64,000 nucleotides of DNA from NCBI GenBank assembly GCA_963665125.2, contig CAXXUK010000001.1:192001-256000 (forward strand). The letters are read 5' to 3'. Position numbers and translations under genes: made by a program. The notes beneath the pieces are model-generated. The model worked only from the letters and a program-made list of their open reading frames with translations. It had not been told where the DNA came from and did no database searches. This document shows, in pieces, positions 61,229 through 64,000 of the stretch (position 1 is the first letter of the stretch; every line of letters starts with the position of its first letter). This DNA is from an uncultured Desulfarculus sp. Lineage in GTDB: Bacteria; Desulfobacterota; Desulfarculia; Desulfarculales; Desulfarculaceae.

Positions 61229-62536
61229 TCAGGAGGTAAAACCCGTAATGAGCACAGGTATTCCCGTCATCAGCAACAGGCCTATGAGATTAAGCAGAAC
61301 AAACCACCATACGGATGAGAAAATGTCGGTAAGTGATATGTCCGGTGGGGTAACACCTTTGAGATAAAAGAGGCTGTAGCCAAACGGCGGCGTGATATAG
61401 CTCAGCTGAAGGGCCACAACGTAGATTACGCCGAACCAGATTTGGTCCAGGTTGAATGCCTTGATGATCGGGGTGAATATGGGCACGGTGATGACGATGA
61501 TGGTCACCGGGTCCAGGAAAAAGCCCATGGCGAAGACCGTCAGCAACATGGTTGCCAGGGTGGGGTACACGCTCATCGTGCCGGACATCTCGCCGAAAAA
61601 GCCTTGCAGCAAGTGCATGCCGCCGGAAGCGATGAGGGCCAGGGAATAGCATTTGGCGCCGAAGATCAGCCAGAGAATCATTGAACTGATGCCCACGGTG
61701 CTGATTACGGCATGTTTGATCAGATCGAAGGTCAGGCGCCGGTTGACGGCGGCGGAAACCAGGGCGCCTACCACGCCAACGGATGCGGCCTCGGAGGGGG
61801 TGGCTATGCCCGCGAATATAGAGCCCAGGACGAATACTATCAACAGGCCGGGCAGCACCAGGTTTTTCAATAAAGCGATTTTTTCTTTTAATCTGGGGCG
61901 GTCCTCAGGGGGAACAACCGGGCAGAGGTCCTTGTTCAGCGAGGCCCGGATGAAGATGTAGACCAAGAACAAGCCGCCCAGGATAAGGCCGGCCGGAACG
62001 CCGCCTTTAAAAAGATCGCCAATGGAAACCCCGGCCTCCACGCCATAGGCGATGAACAGCAGGCTGGGCGGAATCAATTGGCCCAGGGTTCCGCCGGCCA
62101 GGATCGTGCCCATGGCGATGCTCTTGTCATACTTGTATTTGAGCATGTTGGGCAGGGCGATAAGCCCGATGATGACAATGGAGGCCCCGGCCACGCCGAC
62201 CATGGCGGCGAAGATGCAGCAGATAACCACGGTCCCCATGGCCAGGCCGCCGCGCACCCCGCCGAACCAGGCATGAAGGGCCGTGTAGAGGTCCTCCGCT
62301 ATGCCTGATCTCTCCAAGATCGTGCCCATGAAGATAAACACGGGTACGGCTGCGTAAAGTATGTTGGAACTGGTGCTCAACATACTGCAAACCAATGAAA
62401 CAAAGAAATCCGGTCCAAAGAGGGACAACAGGACCAATGAGCCGATGCCGCCGGTCAGAAATACCAAGGGCAAGCCCAAGGCCAACAAGGCCAGCAGACC
62501 CCCAATCATTAAGAACAGGATGATTTCCGGGCTCAA
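61229..62536 (-). CDS. dctM: TRAP transporter large permease
   Basis: VPVFIFMG, GTLGQLIPPS, ATPSEAA, IWFG, ITPPFG. Confidence 0.93.
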   Translation of the reverse strand: MSPEIILFLMIGGLLALLALGLPLVFLTGGIGSLVLLSLFGPDFFVSLVCSMLSTSSNILYAAVPVFIFMGTILERSGIAEDLYTALHAWFGGVRGGLAMGTVVICCIFAAMVGVAGASIVIIGLIALPNMLKYKYDKSIAMGTILAGGTLGQLIPPSLLFIAYGVEAGVSIGDLFKGGVPAGLILGGLFLVYIFIRASLNKDLCPVVPPEDRPRLKEKIALLKNLVLPGLLIVFVLGSIFAGIATPSEAASVGVVGALVSAAVNRRLTFDLIKHAVISTVGISSMILWLIFGAKCYSLALIASGGMHLLQGFFGEMSGTMSVYPTLATMLLTVFAMGFFLDPVTIIVITVPIFTPIIKAFNLDQIWFGVIYVVALQLSYITPPFGYSLFYLKGVTPPDISLTDIFSSVWWFVLLNLIGLLLMTGIPVLITGFTS

Positions 62537-63039
62537 CTGGGGACCTCCTTACCGATTAAAATGAGCAGGTTTCTGAACAGGTTGCTCAGTTCCTGAAGCA
62601 TCAGGAGCAGAGCCCCCAACGGCAGAAACCAGGCGAACGGCCAGTACGGGGGGTCCCAAACCGTGCCGCTGGTCAAAAGGCAGCTCGTGTTATCGACGGC
62701 CAACGCCGTCCCCTGCCAGATGAGCATTATTAAAAAGAGGTAGGTGAAACCCGATGACACTAGGTCGAGGATGGCTTTGGCCTTTGGGCCGAGTCTTCCC
62801 CGGATCAGGTCCAGACGGATGTGCTGATCGTGACGCAGGCAATATGCGCCGCTCATGAAGGTCATGGCGCCGAACATGTACCCTATGAGTTCGCTGCTCC
62901 AGATGGTGGGCGAGTTGAAGAAATACCTCAGGACCACCTCCAGGAATGTGACTGCGGAGATTGGAATAATGAGCCAGGCAAATACCTTTCCCGTCCAATC
63001 GCTTAGAGCGTTCAATCCATGGATAAGAGTATTCGACAT
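62533..63039 (-). CDS. dctQ: TRAP transporter small permease
   Basis: EVVLRYFFNSPTIWSSEL, HIRLDL; 4 TM. Confidence 0.92.
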   Translation of the reverse strand: MSNTLIHGLNALSDWTGKVFAWLIIPISAVTFLEVVLRYFFNSPTIWSSELIGYMFGAMTFMSGAYCLRHDQHIRLDLIRGRLGPKAKAILDLVSSGFTYLFLIMLIWQGTALAVDNTSCLLTSGTVWDPPYWPFAWFLPLGALLLMLQELSNLFRNLLILIGKEVPS

Positions 63040-63111
63040 TTGTGATTCCTCGGGTTGAATTGGCCGGCCGCGGCCTGCGGGCGCCGCAGCCAGCCAATTC
63101 GGTGGGGTTGC

Positions 63112-63999
63112 CTATTTGATGAGGCCGCGTTCCTTGGCCATTTCCTTGTAGATGGCCATCGCCTTCTGGGTGACAGGCGAGACGGAACCCATTTGTTCGG
63201 TCCAGTAATCCACGGCGAGCTTGCGGATCTTGGCGACATCCTCATCCGAGAGCCAGATGATCTCCATGTCACCGTCGGCGACCATCTTCTTGACCGCCTC
63301 GGCGTCGTCCCGGATGATCTTTTGGGTGATGCGCATTTCGGCCCAGTCGCAACAAAGATCGAAGATCACCTTGATGTCGTCAGGCAGGGCGTCGTAGGCC
63401 TTTTTGTTGATCAGAAACTCGGTGGGAGCCGCGCCCAGATACTGGGGCATGATCATGTAGTTGGTCACCTTGTGCAGGCCCAGGGCGTAGTCAACCGATC
63501 CCCCGGAAAATTCGCAGGCGTCGATGGTGCCGTTGTTCAAGGCGGTGAACAGATCGCCGGGGCCCAGCATGATCACCGAAGCGCCGAGCTTTTCGGTGAA
63601 GAACTTGGCCGGTGCGCCGGACATGCGGATCTTCTTGCCCTTGAAATCGTCGATGGTCCTGATGGGCACCCGGCTCCAGATGGGCTCGGCGTTGCCGATG
63701 ATGCGGCCTCGGGTCAACAGGCCGTTTTTATCATAAAATGGAGCGGCCAATTCCTTGAGGCCTCTGTATTCCCAATACGCGGAATAATCCAAGGCATCGG
63801 TGGATCCGAATGGCGGCGTCAAGACGATGCCGTCAGGCCATTCGCCCTGATAAAAAACAGCCGAGGTGTGGGCAATCTGAACCACTCCGGCCTTTACGTT
63901 GTTAAATACTTTCAGGGTCGGAAACAGGGCATTGGCGGGAAACAGGGTGATCTCCATACGGCCGCCGGTCGATGTTTTAACCAAGTCGCAAAATTCCTG
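63112..63999 (-). CDS. dctP: TRAP transporter substrate-binding protein (5'-truncated by window edge)
   Basis: GGRMEITLFPANAL, DDFKGKKIR, ALNNGTIDA, INKKAYDALP; frame open to the window end. Confidence 0.9.
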   Translation of the reverse strand, partial: QEFCDLVKTSTGGRMEITLFPANALFPTLKVFNNVKAGVVQIAHTSAVFYQGEWPDGIVLTPPFGSTDALDYSAYWEYRGLKELAAPFYDKNGLLTRGRIIGNAEPIWSRVPIRTIDDFKGKKIRMSGAPAKFFTEKLGASVIMLGPGDLFTALNNGTIDACEFSGGSVDYALGLHKVTNYMIMPQYLGAAPTEFLINKKAYDALPDDIKVIFDLCCDWAEMRITQKIIRDDAEAVKKMVADGDMEIIWLSDEDVAKIRKLAVDYWTEQMGSVSPVTQKAMAIYKEMAKERGLIK

Positions 64000-64000
64000 C

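Overview
A 64 kb high-GC bacterial window. Gene content (tungsten AOR, DsrMK-like pair, many sigma54 activators, TRAP transporters) suggests an anaerobic Desulfobacterota/deltaproteobacterial genome; this is inference. Most of it is a catabolic region for acyl/aryl-CoA chemistry: five AMP-forming CoA ligases, two TRAP systems, two MFS permeases, a crotonase, an acyl-CoA dehydrogenase and a family III CoA-transferase. It holds two separate four-gene modules with class I benzoyl-CoA-reductase-like architecture (two HAD-family subunits plus one canonical and one degenerate ASKHA ATPase), at 12.9-17.1 kb and 57.0-61.2 kb. The first lies in an operon with AOR, a polyferredoxin-like protein, two SCP2 lipid carriers, a CooC-like ATPase and MoaD. 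Two further loci have no function I can assign. (i) 37.8-44.1 kb: an NtrC-type two-component system flanked on both sides by sigma54 promoters driving four uncharacterised exported proteins (two tandem beta-rich paralogs, one with a 56-aa Gly/Ala tract; a DxDxDG-repeat protein; a TPR-beta-barrel). (ii) 44.3-50.3 kb: a MarR/ArsR-associated sulfur-relay module (DsrE2, TusA, DsrM/K-like pair, FadL-like channel, exported thioredoxin). A multi-hairpin MITE-like repeat occurs twice (8.4 kb, 22.9-23.1 kb), abuts stop codons and shows compensatory base changes. I saw no rRNA, tRNA, CRISPR array or transposase. All assignments come from reading motifs by eye; no database searches were run.
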